Of a DNA stretch of 64,000 bases, positions 48,333-58,582 are shown piece after piece. The notes under the pieces are model-generated. The model saw only the letters and a list, made by a program, of their open reading frames with translations, had not been told where the DNA came from and ran no database searches. Position numbers and translations under genes: made by a program. Positions within the stretch are counted from its first letter, which is position 1; each line of letters opens with the position of its first letter. The DNA comes from an uncultured Gemmatimonadales bacterium (GTDB lineage Bacteria > Gemmatimonadota > Gemmatimonadetes > Longimicrobiales > Gaopeijiaceae): NCBI GenBank assembly GCA_963823035.1, contig CAWGKG010000005.1, forward strand, positions 128,001 to 192,000, given 5' to 3'.

Positions 48333-50939
48333 CTACGCCGCCACCACCGAAGGGGGGGTGAGGTACATGGCCAGAATCGCGTCGGGATCGAGGATGAGCC
48401 CCACGTCGCCGTTTCCAAGCACCGCCCCACCCGCCACGCCCTTGGTGTTGGACACGATGCCGCCCAGGGGCTTCACCACGAACTGCTGTTGGGTGACCAG
48501 TTCGTCCACCAGCAGAGCGGCCTTCCGGCGACCCTCCCCCACGATGACCAGGAGCCCTTGGGTGGGGTCCTCTACCGCCTCTGGGATTTCCCACAGACGG
48601 TGCAGCCGCACGATGGGGAGCAGCTCCCCGTGGAAGAGCACCATCTCGCCCTTTCCCGCGACCTTGGACAGCGCCGAGGGCTCGGGACGCAGGCTCATGA
48701 GGATCTTGACCGACGGGATGATGTAGCGCTGAGCGCCGATGGAGATCACCATGCCGTCGGTGATGGCCAGGGTGAGGGGAACGTTGATGCGGAAGGTGGA
48801 TCCCTGTCCGGGGGTCGAGTCGATGGTGACCCGTCCCCGCAGGGATTCGACGTTCCTGCGGACGACGTCCATGCCGACACCGCGGCCGGAGACCTCGGTG
48901 ACCTTCTCGGCGGTGGAGAAGCCGGCGGCGAAGATGAGGTCGTAGATCTCCCGGTCGGAGAGACCTCGGTCCGACTCGATGATCCCCCGTTCCTTGGCCT
49001 TGGTCAGGATGCGCTCGCGGTTCAGGCCGCGGCCGTCGTCGGAGATCTGGATCACCACGTTACCTTCGGCCTGGAAGGCCGAGATCCTGATGACCCCCTC
49101 GGGCGGCTTGCCGGCGGCCGTCCGCTCGGCGGCGCTCTCCAGCCCGTGATCCACGGAGTTGCGCACCATGTGGACCAGGGGGTCGGCCAAGACGTCCACC
49201 ATGCTGCGGTCGATCTCGGTGTCTTCTCCCTCGGTGACGAGCCGCACCTGCTTTCCACTCTTGCGGCTGAGGTCACGGACGACCCGGCTGACCTTCCGCA
49301 GCGCGGGCTTCAGAGGCACCATGCGCAAGGATGTACTCAGGTCCTGGAGTTCCCGGAGGATCTTGGCCGTGTGGTCCACCTTGCGGGACAGGCCCCGGCG
49401 ATCCGCCAGCACCACGGGGTCCTGGGCCAGCATGGAGTGGGCGATGACCAGTTCGCCCACCATGTCGACCAGACGATCCAGTCGTTCTGTGCGAATCCGA
49501 ACCGAGTTCTCCCCTCCTGGGGAGGTCTCTCGATCCGACGCCTCGGGTCCCGCCGTTGCCTCCCGGGCCTTGAGCGGAGCGCTGGGCGTGGCCACTTCGT
49601 CGGCGCGGATCCTGTCCGGAAGCGCGGGATCGGCCAGGATGTCGAAGAGCGGCGCATAGGTCTGCGGCACCGCGATGCTGCCCGTCTCCATGCCTGTGCG
49701 CACCGCGCTCAGGAGAGACTTGAGCACGTCCAGGCCACGCAGGGAGAGGTCCGCAACGGGAGCCGTGAAGACCAGGGCCCCATCCCGCACGCGGCTGAGC
49801 AGCGATTCCGCGTGGTGGGCCATTTCCGAGATGCGACGCAGCTCCAGGAAGCCCGAAACACCCTTGATGGTGTGGAACGCCCGGAACACGACGTTCACGG
49901 CTTCCGGGTCCGTGGGGTTGTTCTCCAGTGCCAGGAGGGCCTCTTCCGCCTGCTCCAGGTATTCGAAGCTCTCGGTGACGAAGTCGCCCATGAGCTCGTT
50001 GTCCGCCCCGGCGGGGAAGGGGTCGGCGGCCGGTATGGACTCCCTTCCCGCAGAGACGACGGCTTCGGCGACTGCTTCCGGGGCGGGTGGCCGGGTGGCC
50101 GGGGCGTTGGTGGAGGCGACAGGCGGGGGCTCGGGCGGGGAGGGCGCTCTGGGCGACGCCGGGTCCGGGACGGGTTGGCCCGAGCGTTGGAGCCCAGCTT
50201 CGTCCCCGGCTCCGTCGGCGTCGGTCTCCATCTCCTCGAGCAGGATGGCCGCGTCCTCGACGAGGAGCGCCACCGCTGCCACGGCGTCACGGCGCGCTGC
50301 CTTTCGCGACCTCTTGGCCTCGGTCAACGGGGTCAGGACGTCGGCAGCCTCCTCCAGCAGCTCGGCCACCCGGCCCTCGGCCTGCTGCAGCGCCAGGCCC
50401 ACCTTGGTGGCGAGTTCGGCGACCTGGTCCTTGGTCTCGGCATCCATCTCCACCAGGAATGCCGCGACGTCGTCGATGGAAGCCGCGACGTCCGTTCTCG
50501 AGGTGGCTGTGGTCGCCGGTGCCGAGTCGGCACCGGACGCGATCGCCGCAGGCGCCCATTCCGCCGGATCCAACCCGGCGGCAGCCATCAGGGAGAGTGC
50601 GGCGTTGTCGAGCAGTTGGAGCGATGCGGCTTCCCAGGGTGCCAGCACCATCTCGTCAAGCGCGGGCATCACCGCGTCCAGGGCGGTCGGGAGGTGGGAC
50701 GGAGCCGTAGTGGGATCCGACGCGACCCTCTCGAGAATCTGCTCCATGACGGCGAGCAGTCGATCGGCGAGGGACCCCGTGCGTCCGGCTCGAGCCCGCG
50801 CGCCCCGCAGGGCCTCCAGGACCGGGGACGCCGTGTCAGGGTCACCGGCCTGGAACGTCTGCAAGGAGGTCCGGATCGCGCCGACACGTCGCAGCAGGTC
50901 CATGTCGATTTCGAAAGGATCAGAGGACTGCAGATTCAT
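48333..50939 (-). CDS. cheA: Chemotaxis histidine kinase with long N-terminal extension
   Basis: FRAFHTIKG, LVHMVRNSVDHG, DDGRG, GFSTAE, SGRGVGMD, CheW-like P5. Confidence 0.96.
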   Translation of the reverse strand: MNLQSSDPFEIDMDLLRRVGAIRTSLQTFQAGDPDTASPVLEALRGARARAGRTGSLADRLLAVMEQILERVASDPTTAPSHLPTALDAVMPALDEMVLAPWEAASLQLLDNAALSLMAAAGLDPAEWAPAAIASGADSAPATTATSRTDVAASIDDVAAFLVEMDAETKDQVAELATKVGLALQQAEGRVAELLEEAADVLTPLTEAKRSRKAARRDAVAAVALLVEDAAILLEEMETDADGAGDEAGLQRSGQPVPDPASPRAPSPPEPPPVASTNAPATRPPAPEAVAEAVVSAGRESIPAADPFPAGADNELMGDFVTESFEYLEQAEEALLALENNPTDPEAVNVVFRAFHTIKGVSGFLELRRISEMAHHAESLLSRVRDGALVFTAPVADLSLRGLDVLKSLLSAVRTGMETGSIAVPQTYAPLFDILADPALPDRIRADEVATPSAPLKAREATAGPEASDRETSPGGENSVRIRTERLDRLVDMVGELVIAHSMLAQDPVVLADRRGLSRKVDHTAKILRELQDLSTSLRMVPLKPALRKVSRVVRDLSRKSGKQVRLVTEGEDTEIDRSMVDVLADPLVHMVRNSVDHGLESAAERTAAGKPPEGVIRISAFQAEGNVVIQISDDGRGLNRERILTKAKERGIIESDRGLSDREIYDLIFAAGFSTAEKVTEVSGRGVGMDVVRRNVESLRGRVTIDSTPGQGSTFRINVPLTLAITDGMVISIGAQRYIIPSVKILMSLRPEPSALSKVAGKGEMVLFHGELLPIVRLHRLWEIPEAVEDPTQGLLVIVGEGRRKAALLVDELVTQQQFVVKPLGGIVSNTKGVAGGAVLGNGDVGLILDPDAILAMYLTPPSVVAA

Positions 50940-51003
50940 CGTGTGTCTCGGTGGAGCGGGACGCCGCCACGCGTGTCAGGACGGTGCGCGCATGCTCTCC
51001 TGA

Positions 51004-51032
51004 GGATCGGCAGGTTGGGCCGCGGGCTTGAG
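51004..51032 (-). promoter_or_regulatory. Sigma28 (FliA)-like promoter upstream of cheA
   Basis: Minus strand TCAAG-N15-GCCGAT. Confidence 0.6.
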
Positions 51033-51038
51033 TTCGTG

Positions 51039-52112
51039 TCAGGCCCGGACGGGATGTTCCACGGACGCCTGCCCGAGGAAGATGTCGGTGACGGCTTCGG
51101 GGATCTCCAGGAGGGGCAGGGTATCCACGACGGCTCCGATGTCCACGGCGGCCTTGGGCATTCCATAGACTACGCAGGACTCTTCGTCCTGGGCGATGGT
51201 GTGTGCCCCGGCCTCTCTCATCTCCAGCAGTCCATTCGCTCCGTCGGCGCCCATGCCGGTGAGCATCACCCCGACCGCGTTCGATCCCGCGCAGCGGGCG
51301 AGGGACCGGAACAGCACGTCCACCGAGGGCTTGTGACGGTTCACCGGCGGGCCCGAGCGCACCGAAGCGACGTATCGCGCTCCGCTCCTCTGGACCATGA
51401 GGTGGAAGCCTCCCGGTGCAACCAGGGCGAGGCCCGGCACCAGGATGTCTCCGTCCCTGGCTTCTCGCACAGCCATGGGACACAGGCCGTTGAGACGCTC
51501 GGCGAAGGAGGCCGTAAAGCCGGCGGGCATGTGCTGGACGATGGCGATGCCCGGCGCGTTGGGAGGGAGTCTGGTGAGCACACGCTCGATGGCCTGGGTC
51601 CCTCCCGTGGAGGCCCCGATGCCAAGCAGCTTGTGGGTCGTCGGCAAGGTGGAGGGGAGGGGTGGCGGATCCTGGGGTCCCTCGGTCTCGCCTGCGGCGC
51701 CGACCGGACGTGTTCTCCTTACCCTGGCCACGGCGGCGGCGCGGATGGCCCGCACCAGGCGCCGTCCCACGTCGGGGACGGTGAACTGGGAACCAGGCTT
51801 CGGTATGATCTCCACGGCACCCAACGCCAGGGCGCGGAGTGCGATTTCGCTGTTCTCGGGAGCGAGGGAGCTGACCACGACCACCGGGAGAGGGTGGTGC
51901 TTCATCAACTTGGCCAGAAAGGAGATGCCGTCCATGCGGGGCATCTCCACATCCAGGGTCAGCACATCGGGCTGCAGCTCCTGGATGCGCTCTCTGGCCA
52001 TGTAGGGATCCACCGCGGTACCTACGACCTCGATGTCCGGGAACTTGGACAACTCCTCGCTGAGCACCTTTCGAACCAAAGCGGAGTCGTCCACCACCAA
52101 CACGCGAATCAT
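51039..52112 (-). CDS. cheB: Chemotaxis methylesterase
   Basis: Receiver domain plus GASTGG, QHMP, LTGMGADG. Confidence 0.96.
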   Translation of the reverse strand: MIRVLVVDDSALVRKVLSEELSKFPDIEVVGTAVDPYMARERIQELQPDVLTLDVEMPRMDGISFLAKLMKHHPLPVVVVSSLAPENSEIALRALALGAVEIIPKPGSQFTVPDVGRRLVRAIRAAAVARVRRTRPVGAAGETEGPQDPPPLPSTLPTTHKLLGIGASTGGTQAIERVLTRLPPNAPGIAIVQHMPAGFTASFAERLNGLCPMAVREARDGDILVPGLALVAPGGFHLMVQRSGARYVASVRSGPPVNRHKPSVDVLFRSLARCAGSNAVGVMLTGMGADGANGLLEMREAGAHTIAQDEESCVVYGMPKAAVDIGAVVDTLPLLEIPEAVTDIFLGQASVEHPVRA

Positions 52113-52131
52113 CAGGTTGGCTCCTTTCAGG

Positions 52132-52584
52132 TCAGGCGTATTGCCGGAGGACGACTTCGACACGTCCCTCTCCGACGCCGAGCAGGCACGCGGCGAGGGT
52201 GTCGTCATCGAGGGGCCGTCGAAGCATGGGCGCGGTGGTCGTCTCCGGTGCGGACAGGTCGAAGACCGCTCGCATTCCGGAGACCGCGGGAAGGACGTTG
52301 CCGCATACGACGTTGGCCAGCTCGCCCAGGGCCTCCAGGGAGAGCTCGGGCGGAGGGGGTCCGTCGCATCCCAACATGTTCGCGGCGAGTTCGGGCAGGA
52401 CCGGCCCGAACACTTCGATTTCCAGCGCGCCCGAAACGGGGCCCCGGAATCGTACGCGGCACGAGCCCTCCAGCACCGCGGCGCCCTGGTCTTCGCTCAC
52501 CTCGTCGTCGGGCAGCAGGAAGGCCAGGTGCTCAAAAGTCGAACTCACCGCCTGTTGCAGTGCCGACTTCATGTTCGAGTCCAT
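52132..52584 (-). CDS. cheX: CheX-like phosphatase
   Basis: EALGELANVVCGN (ExxN) motif; gene context. Confidence 0.75.
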   Translation of the reverse strand: MDSNMKSALQQAVSSTFEHLAFLLPDDEVSEDQGAAVLEGSCRVRFRGPVSGALEIEVFGPVLPELAANMLGCDGPPPPELSLEALGELANVVCGNVLPAVSGMRAVFDLSAPETTTAPMLRRPLDDDTLAACLLGVGEGRVEVVLRQYA

Positions 52585-52960
52585 CTTCGACTCCTGTGAT
52601 CTCGAGTACCATCTCGCGGATCATCTCGGGTGTGAACGGCTTGTGGACGAATCGTGCCCCCTGACGCCGCACCCTACCGATGCGGGTTTCGCTGCTCTCC
52701 GTGGAAACCACGATGATGGCGAGGTCACGGATCTCCGGATCGTCACGAATGCGGTCGATGAGTTCCTCGCCGTTCATGATCGGCATGTTGATGTCGACGA
52801 GGGCGAGGTCCACCCAGTGCTCGGCGAGAACCTCCAGTGCCTCGGTCCCGTTCCCGGCCTGGTGCACCTCCGCCAGAGGCAGGCCACTCATTCTCAGCGT
52901 GCGAATGATCACCGTCCGCATCACCGAGTTGTCGTCGACCACTAGGACGTTGAAGGCCAT
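52532..52960 (-). CDS. cheY: Single-domain response regulator
   Basis: VLVVDD, DINMP, STE, KPF; gene context. Confidence 0.88.
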   Translation of the reverse strand: MAFNVLVVDDNSVMRTVIIRTLRMSGLPLAEVHQAGNGTEALEVLAEHWVDLALVDINMPIMNGEELIDRIRDDPEIRDLAIIVVSTESSETRIGRVRRQGARFVHKPFTPEMIREMVLEITGVEDGLEHEVGTATGGEFDF

Positions 52961-53020
52961 GGGTCATCCATTCCTTACCGTGCTCCGCGGGAACATCCGC
53001 GCATCTGCGCGGAGCGCCCA

Positions 53021-53530
53021 TCAGAGCTGGGTTCTCTCTCCGCTCGAGGTGATCGTGACCTCACCTGTCGATACGTCCAGGTGGACCGTACGGGACCTGT
53101 TGCCCCCGAGGTCCTCTGCCTTGAGCAGGACCCCGTTCTTCCAGAGGAGCTTCTTGAACTCGATGATGTTGCGCTTGCCGATCTGAAAGCTGTCCCGTCG
53201 GCCCTCCGGGGTAGCGCTGGCTCCTCCAGCGACCTTCACCACGATGCGGCCCTTTTGTGCTCCCATTCGGTACGCTCCCTTGAACAGGGCCGTCATACCG
53301 GAATCCACGAAGCGTGCGTGACGCGCCGCGCCTTGGCTGCGGTCGGCAGTGATGGTCGGGAGCATTGCGTGGAGCATGCCGGCCACGCCGGCCACGGGAT
53401 CGTGGATGCACACACCCAGGCAGCTCCCGAGTGCGTAGGTGACGAGGACGACGCCCGGCTGGTTGGACAGAGCCATGTCGCCGACCCCCACCACCACCCG
53501 TGTCGCCTCACCCGCCGCGGTCGAATTCAT
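53021..53530 (-). CDS. cheD: Chemoreceptor glutamine deamidase
   Basis: TYALGSCLG, GMLHAMLP, IGKRN, EDLGG. Confidence 0.95.
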   Translation of the reverse strand: MNSTAAGEATRVVVGVGDMALSNQPGVVLVTYALGSCLGVCIHDPVAGVAGMLHAMLPTITADRSQGAARHARFVDSGMTALFKGAYRMGAQKGRIVVKVAGGASATPEGRRDSFQIGKRNIIEFKKLLWKNGVLLKAEDLGGNRSRTVHLDVSTGEVTITSSGERTQL

Positions 53531-54360
53531 CGCAGGTACACGGCAGGTTGAACGTACTCCAGCTCATGGCTCATGCCGTTGAGGCTCTCGGAATGCCCTA
53601 CCAGGAGATGGCCTCCAGGACGGAGTAGCTCCCGAAAGCGCCTGACGAGCGTCTCCCGGGTCGGCCGGTCGAAGTAGATCATCACGTTCCGGCACAGAAT
53701 GACTTCGAACGGCCCGTTCATGGGCCAGGGGCCCATGAGGTTGAGGGGGCCGAACGTCACCATGTTCCGGATGGTGGCAGCCACTTCATACGTGCGCGGT
53801 CCACGCCCCTGGCTTCCGGGGGCCATGAAGTACCGGTCGCGCATCCGGGGAGGTATCTGCTCCACCAGCTGCTCCGCGTAACGGCCTTCCCGCGCGCTGG
53901 CCAGGACGGTGGTGCTCAGGTCCGTGGCGAGGATCCGTACGTCACGACGCGAAACGTCCTTGACGACCTCGTGGATGAGCATGGCCACCGAGTATGGCTC
54001 TTCGCCGGACGAACACCCGGCACTCCATATACGCAGCGGGCCGCCTCGCTCCATCCACTGGGGGAGGGCGACGGTCCGCAGGTATTCGAAGTGGGGGAGC
54101 TCACGGAAGAAGCTGGTCTTGTTGGTGGTGAGAATGTCCACCATGTGACCCAACTCCTCCCCGCCATCCTCGCTCTCGACGTGGTCCACATACTGGTCCA
54201 CGCTGTCGTGGCCCAGAATCCGCATGCGCTTGGCGATGCGAGCCCGCACCAGCTCCCTCTTGCCCGTCGTGAGGTTCACGCCCGAGATCTCGTACATCAT
54301 CCGGCTTACGCGGTCGAACGCCTGCCCTTCCAGGTCCGCTTGAGCCCCACGAATCATCAT
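53527..54360 (-). CDS. cheR: Chemotaxis methyltransferase
   Basis: TTNKTSFFRE, IWSAGCSSGEEPYS, CRNVMIYF, GHSESL. Confidence 0.96.
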   Translation of the reverse strand: MMIRGAQADLEGQAFDRVSRMMYEISGVNLTTGKRELVRARIAKRMRILGHDSVDQYVDHVESEDGGEELGHMVDILTTNKTSFFRELPHFEYLRTVALPQWMERGGPLRIWSAGCSSGEEPYSVAMLIHEVVKDVSRRDVRILATDLSTTVLASAREGRYAEQLVEQIPPRMRDRYFMAPGSQGRGPRTYEVAATIRNMVTFGPLNLMGPWPMNGPFEVILCRNVMIYFDRPTRETLVRRFRELLRPGGHLLVGHSESLNGMSHELEYVQPAVYLR

Positions 54361-54391
54361 ATCACCTCGGCAGGCGGCTTGAGGGAGACCC

Positions 54392-54883
54392 TCAGGCCGC
54401 GATGCCCTGGAGTTCGACCGCTGGAAACACCCGTCCGATCTCGAGGAGCAGGATCACGCGGTTGCCCGACTTGCCGATGCCCAGGATGTAGTCGGTGTTG
54501 ATCTCGTTGCCCAGCACCGGGGCGTCCACGATGTCCTGGTTCATGATGTCCATGACCTCGGACACCTTGTCCACGATGATGCCCAACTGGGCGCCGCCCG
54601 TGTGCACGACGATGATGCAACTCTCGTCGGTGGCGTCGATGCCCGGCATGTCGAACTTGAGTCTCAGGTCCACTACCGGAATGACCTGGCCCCTCAGGTT
54701 GACCACGCCCTGCACGTAGTAGGGGGTCTGGGGAACCGGCGTGACAGGCAGCAGCCCGATGATCTCACGCACCGAGAGGATCTCGATGCCGTACTCCTCC
54801 TGATCCAGGAAGAAGGTCAGGAACTTGCCGCCCCTCTCCGACTGGCTGACGCCGGCTTCGGCGGTCCTGGTTGCGTTGCTCAT
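54392..54883 (-). CDS. cheW: Chemotaxis coupling protein
   Basis: FLTFFL...GVVNLRGQVIPVVDLR...GIIVDKVSEV. Confidence 0.95.
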   Translation of the reverse strand: MSNATRTAEAGVSQSERGGKFLTFFLDQEEYGIEILSVREIIGLLPVTPVPQTPYYVQGVVNLRGQVIPVVDLRLKFDMPGIDATDESCIIVVHTGGAQLGIIVDKVSEVMDIMNQDIVDAPVLGNEINTDYILGIGKSGNRVILLLEIGRVFPAVELQGIAA

Positions 54884-54995
54884 GGGAACATCCTCTCCGA
54901 ACAGGCCCGGGGGTGGCTGACCCGCCACGCGGGGAGACGTCGGGCTCGAGTGGGTGGGTGGGCCCCGCCGGACCGTCCGGCGGGGCTCCTCGCGA

Positions 54996-57611
54996 TCAGA
55001 ACTCGCCGAGCGACGAATCGTCGTCGTCGAAGGGGATGAGTCGGCTCGGGCCATGGCCGTTGCCGTTGCCGTTGCCGACCCCGGCCTTCTGCTTCACGCG
55101 GCCACCGGCAGCCCCGCTCCATGCGGGAGCAACTGCGATCTTCGAGGCTCTGCGGGCCGGACGGCCCTTGGAGGCGCCCCCGCGGCCGGACCCCGACCCC
55201 TGGGCTCCGGAGATGACGTACGAACCCACCAGCTGACGCAGCTCTTCGGCCTGGGACGTGAGCTCCTCGGAAGCGCTGGAGCTCTCCTCGGCATTGGCCG
55301 CGGTCTGCTGTGTAACCTGGTTCATCTGCTCGACGGCCACGTTGATCTGGGTCACGCCTTCGCTCTGCTGGTCGGCGGCGGCAGCGATCTCGTCCATCAC
55401 CTCGCTGACCTGCACCACCTGCTTCTGGATGTCGGCCAGGTTCCCCAGCACCTCGGCGTTGAGCGCCACGCCACCGTTGGCGTTGGTAACGCTCTCCTCG
55501 ATGAGCCGAGCCGTGTTCTTGGCGGCCTCGGCGCTGCGCATGGCCAGGTTGCGGACTTCTTCCGCGACCACCGCGAAGCCCTTGCCCGCGTCGCCGGCCC
55601 GCGCCGCTTCCACGGCCGCGTTCAACGCCAGCAGGTTGGTCTGGAAAGCGATCTCGTCGATGGTCTTGACGATCTTGGCGGTCTCGTCGGAGCTCGACTT
55701 GATCCGCTCGACTGCCTCGGAAAGGCGGCGCATGGAGTCCAGCCCCTTGTCCGTTCCCGACCGAGCGCCGTCGCTGAGGGCCTTGGCCTCCCGGGCGTTA
55801 CCTGCGGCCTGGTCGGACGAGGAGCTCAACTCCTGCAGGCTGGACGAGACCTCCTCCAGCGTGGACGCCTGCTCCGACGTGCCCTGGGCCAAAGCCTGGG
55901 AGCCGGCACTGATCTCGTCCGCTGCACCGGCGACCTGATCGGAGGCGCTGGACACCTGGGCGAGGCCCTGGTCCAGGTTCTCGACAGCGCGGTTCAGCGT
56001 GTCCTTGATCTTGGCGTGGTCGCCCTTGTAGTCGCCCAGCATCCGCGACGTCATGTCTCGATCGGCCACGCGCTCCAGGACTTGGGCGGCTTCCACGATC
56101 GGTTCGATCACGGCGTCCAGGGTCTCGTTGACGCCCTTCACGATGGAGTGGTAGTTGCCTTCGTACCTGGTTGCATCGGCCCGGACCTCCAGCCGTCCCT
56201 CGGTCGCTGCGGCCACCAACTCCTGGATCCCGGTGGTAACCTCCAGCTCCTTGGTGATGTCGACGACAAACTCCATGGCGCCCCAGATTCTGCCGTTGTC
56301 ATCCTTCAGCGGTATGGCGGTGTAGCGAATCGGCAGTTCACCGGAAGGGAGATTGGCGGTGGTGTCACCGGTGCCGAGCCTGTCGGTTTGCATCGCCTGG
56401 CCGGCTCTGCAATTGGCGGTGCGGCAGTGATCGGTCTTCATCAAGTCGTAGCACTTCAGCCCTTTGCATTCCTCCGGCGTCCGCCCCACGGCCGCGGCAG
56501 TGGCCGCATTCAGGTACACGATGTCGTAGGACTTGTCCACGACGATGAGCGGAGTGGGGATCCTGTTCAGGTAATCCGCCTTCTCGTCGGCGCCCCTCAG
56601 GGCGTCGTGCGCATCCTTCTGGGAAGTTTGGATCGAGGTAGCCATGTCCCCCACGGAGGCGGACAACTCACCGATCTCATCGCCCCTGTCCGTCTCGATC
56701 GCCACCCCAAACTCACCCCGAGCAATACTCACGGCCACCTCCCGCAGATGCTTGAGGGGGGGCACGATGGAGCGAGTCAGCGACCAACCGGCGACAAGGA
56801 CCAGGGCCACGGCAATCACGGTGGCCAGGATGATCAGGGTCTTCACGAGCCCTGCCCGGGCCTCCATATCCCGGGTCCTGTCTGCGGCGAAGGCGTCGAT
56901 GAGTGGCTCTGCCGACTGGGTGGCCGCCCTCATGACCTGGTACCGCTCCTCCCGGATGACATCGAGAGCACCCAGTGCGGCGAAGGCCACCTTGTAGTCC
57001 GTGAGACCGGCCCGCATGGCCTCACGACTGGAAGCGCCCAGTCCCGATGCGTCGATGGCCTGCTGGAACGCCGTCATTCCTTCATCGAACTGAGTGAGGT
57101 ACTGCCGGTCACCGCCGAGGAGGTAGTCCTTCTCGTGTTGCCGAAGGGTGAGCATCAGCGTACTCAGATGGTCGTCCTTGGCCTGGGTGACGACGGCCTC
57201 CACTCCATGGATGGCTTTCCGGAGTTCGCCCTGCATCCCCTCTTCCGGGGTGAGGCCTCGGTCGACGTCCATCCCAGCCACCTCGTCGAAGGCACCGACG
57301 TATCCGGCCAACCCCTCGGCGATTCCGTCCACTCTCGAATCTGAGATGCGTTCCCTCAAGCTCTCCACCCTGGTTTCGGCCACGGCGATGAGGGAGTCCA
57401 CCATCCCAACGGACTTGAGTTCCTTCCGTGCGAAGAAGTCCTTCTCCGATCGCCTCGCCTGTAGCATTTCGATCCGGATGTCGACTGCAAGTTGCGTGAG
57501 CTCGCTCTGCTCGTTCAGCGCTTGGAGTCCCCACCAGGCTGTTGCGGACACCGCGATCACAACAGCGCCGGCAATGCCGAAGGCGCCCGACACTTTTCCA
57601 CTTATCTTCAT
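54996..57611 (-). CDS. Methyl-accepting chemotaxis protein (TM-helical sensor-TM-HAMP-PAS-HAMP-signalling)
   Basis: [34 protein letters not shown]; acidic C-terminal tail ending LGEF. Confidence 0.95.
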   Translation of the reverse strand: MKISGKVSGAFGIAGAVVIAVSATAWWGLQALNEQSELTQLAVDIRIEMLQARRSEKDFFARKELKSVGMVDSLIAVAETRVESLRERISDSRVDGIAEGLAGYVGAFDEVAGMDVDRGLTPEEGMQGELRKAIHGVEAVVTQAKDDHLSTLMLTLRQHEKDYLLGGDRQYLTQFDEGMTAFQQAIDASGLGASSREAMRAGLTDYKVAFAALGALDVIREERYQVMRAATQSAEPLIDAFAADRTRDMEARAGLVKTLIILATVIAVALVLVAGWSLTRSIVPPLKHLREVAVSIARGEFGVAIETDRGDEIGELSASVGDMATSIQTSQKDAHDALRGADEKADYLNRIPTPLIVVDKSYDIVYLNAATAAAVGRTPEECKGLKCYDLMKTDHCRTANCRAGQAMQTDRLGTGDTTANLPSGELPIRYTAIPLKDDNGRIWGAMEFVVDITKELEVTTGIQELVAAATEGRLEVRADATRYEGNYHSIVKGVNETLDAVIEPIVEAAQVLERVADRDMTSRMLGDYKGDHAKIKDTLNRAVENLDQGLAQVSSASDQVAGAADEISAGSQALAQGTSEQASTLEEVSSSLQELSSSSDQAAGNAREAKALSDGARSGTDKGLDSMRRLSEAVERIKSSSDETAKIVKTIDEIAFQTNLLALNAAVEAARAGDAGKGFAVVAEEVRNLAMRSAEAAKNTARLIEESVTNANGGVALNAEVLGNLADIQKQVVQVSEVMDEIAAAADQQSEGVTQINVAVEQMNQVTQQTAANAEESSSASEELTSQAEELRQLVGSYVISGAQGSGSGRGGASKGRPARRASKIAVAPAWSGAAGGRVKQKAGVGNGNGNGHGPSRLIPFDDDDSSLGEF

Positions 57612-57902
57612 GGCCTATTCTCCACTCCTGAGTCGATTCTTGGCACTAGGCGTCGGTCTGAACGGCAAAGCCTCAGCGAGAGGCGATTCCGGCGATCGTC
57701 GGGTACGTCTGGATTCGGAGGAGCTTGTGTCGAGCTGCATGTGCGCGGAGCCGCTGAGCCACCACACGAGGGCACTAGCTATTCCTGGTCTCATTCAGTC
57801 GACCGACAGAAACGGAACTCAAGCTCAGACGTTGATTGGCGGCGACCGTCTCCCATCGCACATCACCGGTTCCGGCCCAATCCATGTCTGGGACAGGATC
57901 TA

Positions 57903-57930
57903 GTGTCGGACCTCGAACGTGTGAACTTGA
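57903..57930 (-). promoter_or_regulatory. Second sigma28-like promoter upstream of the MCP gene
   Basis: Minus strand TCAAG-N15-TCCGAC, same spacing as the cheA promoter. Confidence 0.45.
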
Positions 57931-57934
57931 ATTC

Positions 57935-58300
57935 TTCGGCTCCAGGATTGGCAGACGGCTCCGGAGGAAGGCGCCGTTCCGGAGACCTTTGGGGACCTGG
58001 GCACACCGCGGTACCGAGAACCTGCACCAGGCGCTGGGGGGCGCGCCCCTGGAGCTCACGTCCTCAGGATGGGGCGGCTACCTGACCATCCCCATGGGGT
58101 CCTTGGCGCTGAACGGAGAGGCGTGGACGGGGTGGGATCTGGACGACTACCGAGGTGACGTCGCCCAGGAGATCCGTGTCGGGAACACCACGGCCAACAC
58201 GGTGCGGAGTAGCGGAGGGTGGGCCGAGTTGTCCTGGGAAGGGAGCAGCGGAAGGGTCCCGGTCGGTTCGGTGTGGACGACCCCACCGACTCGGAAGGCC
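57935..58300 (+). pseudogene. Internal fragment of a porin-like beta-barrel gene
   Basis: LALNGEAWTG.DLDDYRG...VRSSGGWAELSW strand pattern; no start, frameshifted. Confidence 0.4.
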
Positions 58301-58582
58301 GCACGTCCGGGGTGGACCTGCGCGCGGCTACTCGAAGAACGGGCAGCTCTTGCCCGCCACGCGCCTCCCACAGGAGTAGCTGGTGGCGCTGCACCGATCG
58401 CATCCATGCCGGCCTCGGAACGAGATGACCAGGAAGAGGCCGAGGGGCACGAGGACGAGGGGGATGGCGGGTAGTAGCAGCAATGCGAACATATGCCTCT
58501 CCGAGCCCAGGGGCTCTTCGAAGGGGTGCCGCCGACGCGCTCTTGGCGGAAGATACTATCCTAAACATAGCGTAGGTGGACG

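Noticed and set aside
48291..52664. 1457-aa plus-strand ORF (also 10267-13554, 3373-5955, 54954-57344, 60004-62442)
   Set aside because: Antisense shadows of well-supported genes, as expected at high GC3; no motifs.
57660..57700. c-di-GMP-I riboswitch-like GGCAAAG hairpin upstream of the MCP gene
   Set aside because: It is on the wrong strand for the operon and lacks the full two-stem consensus.
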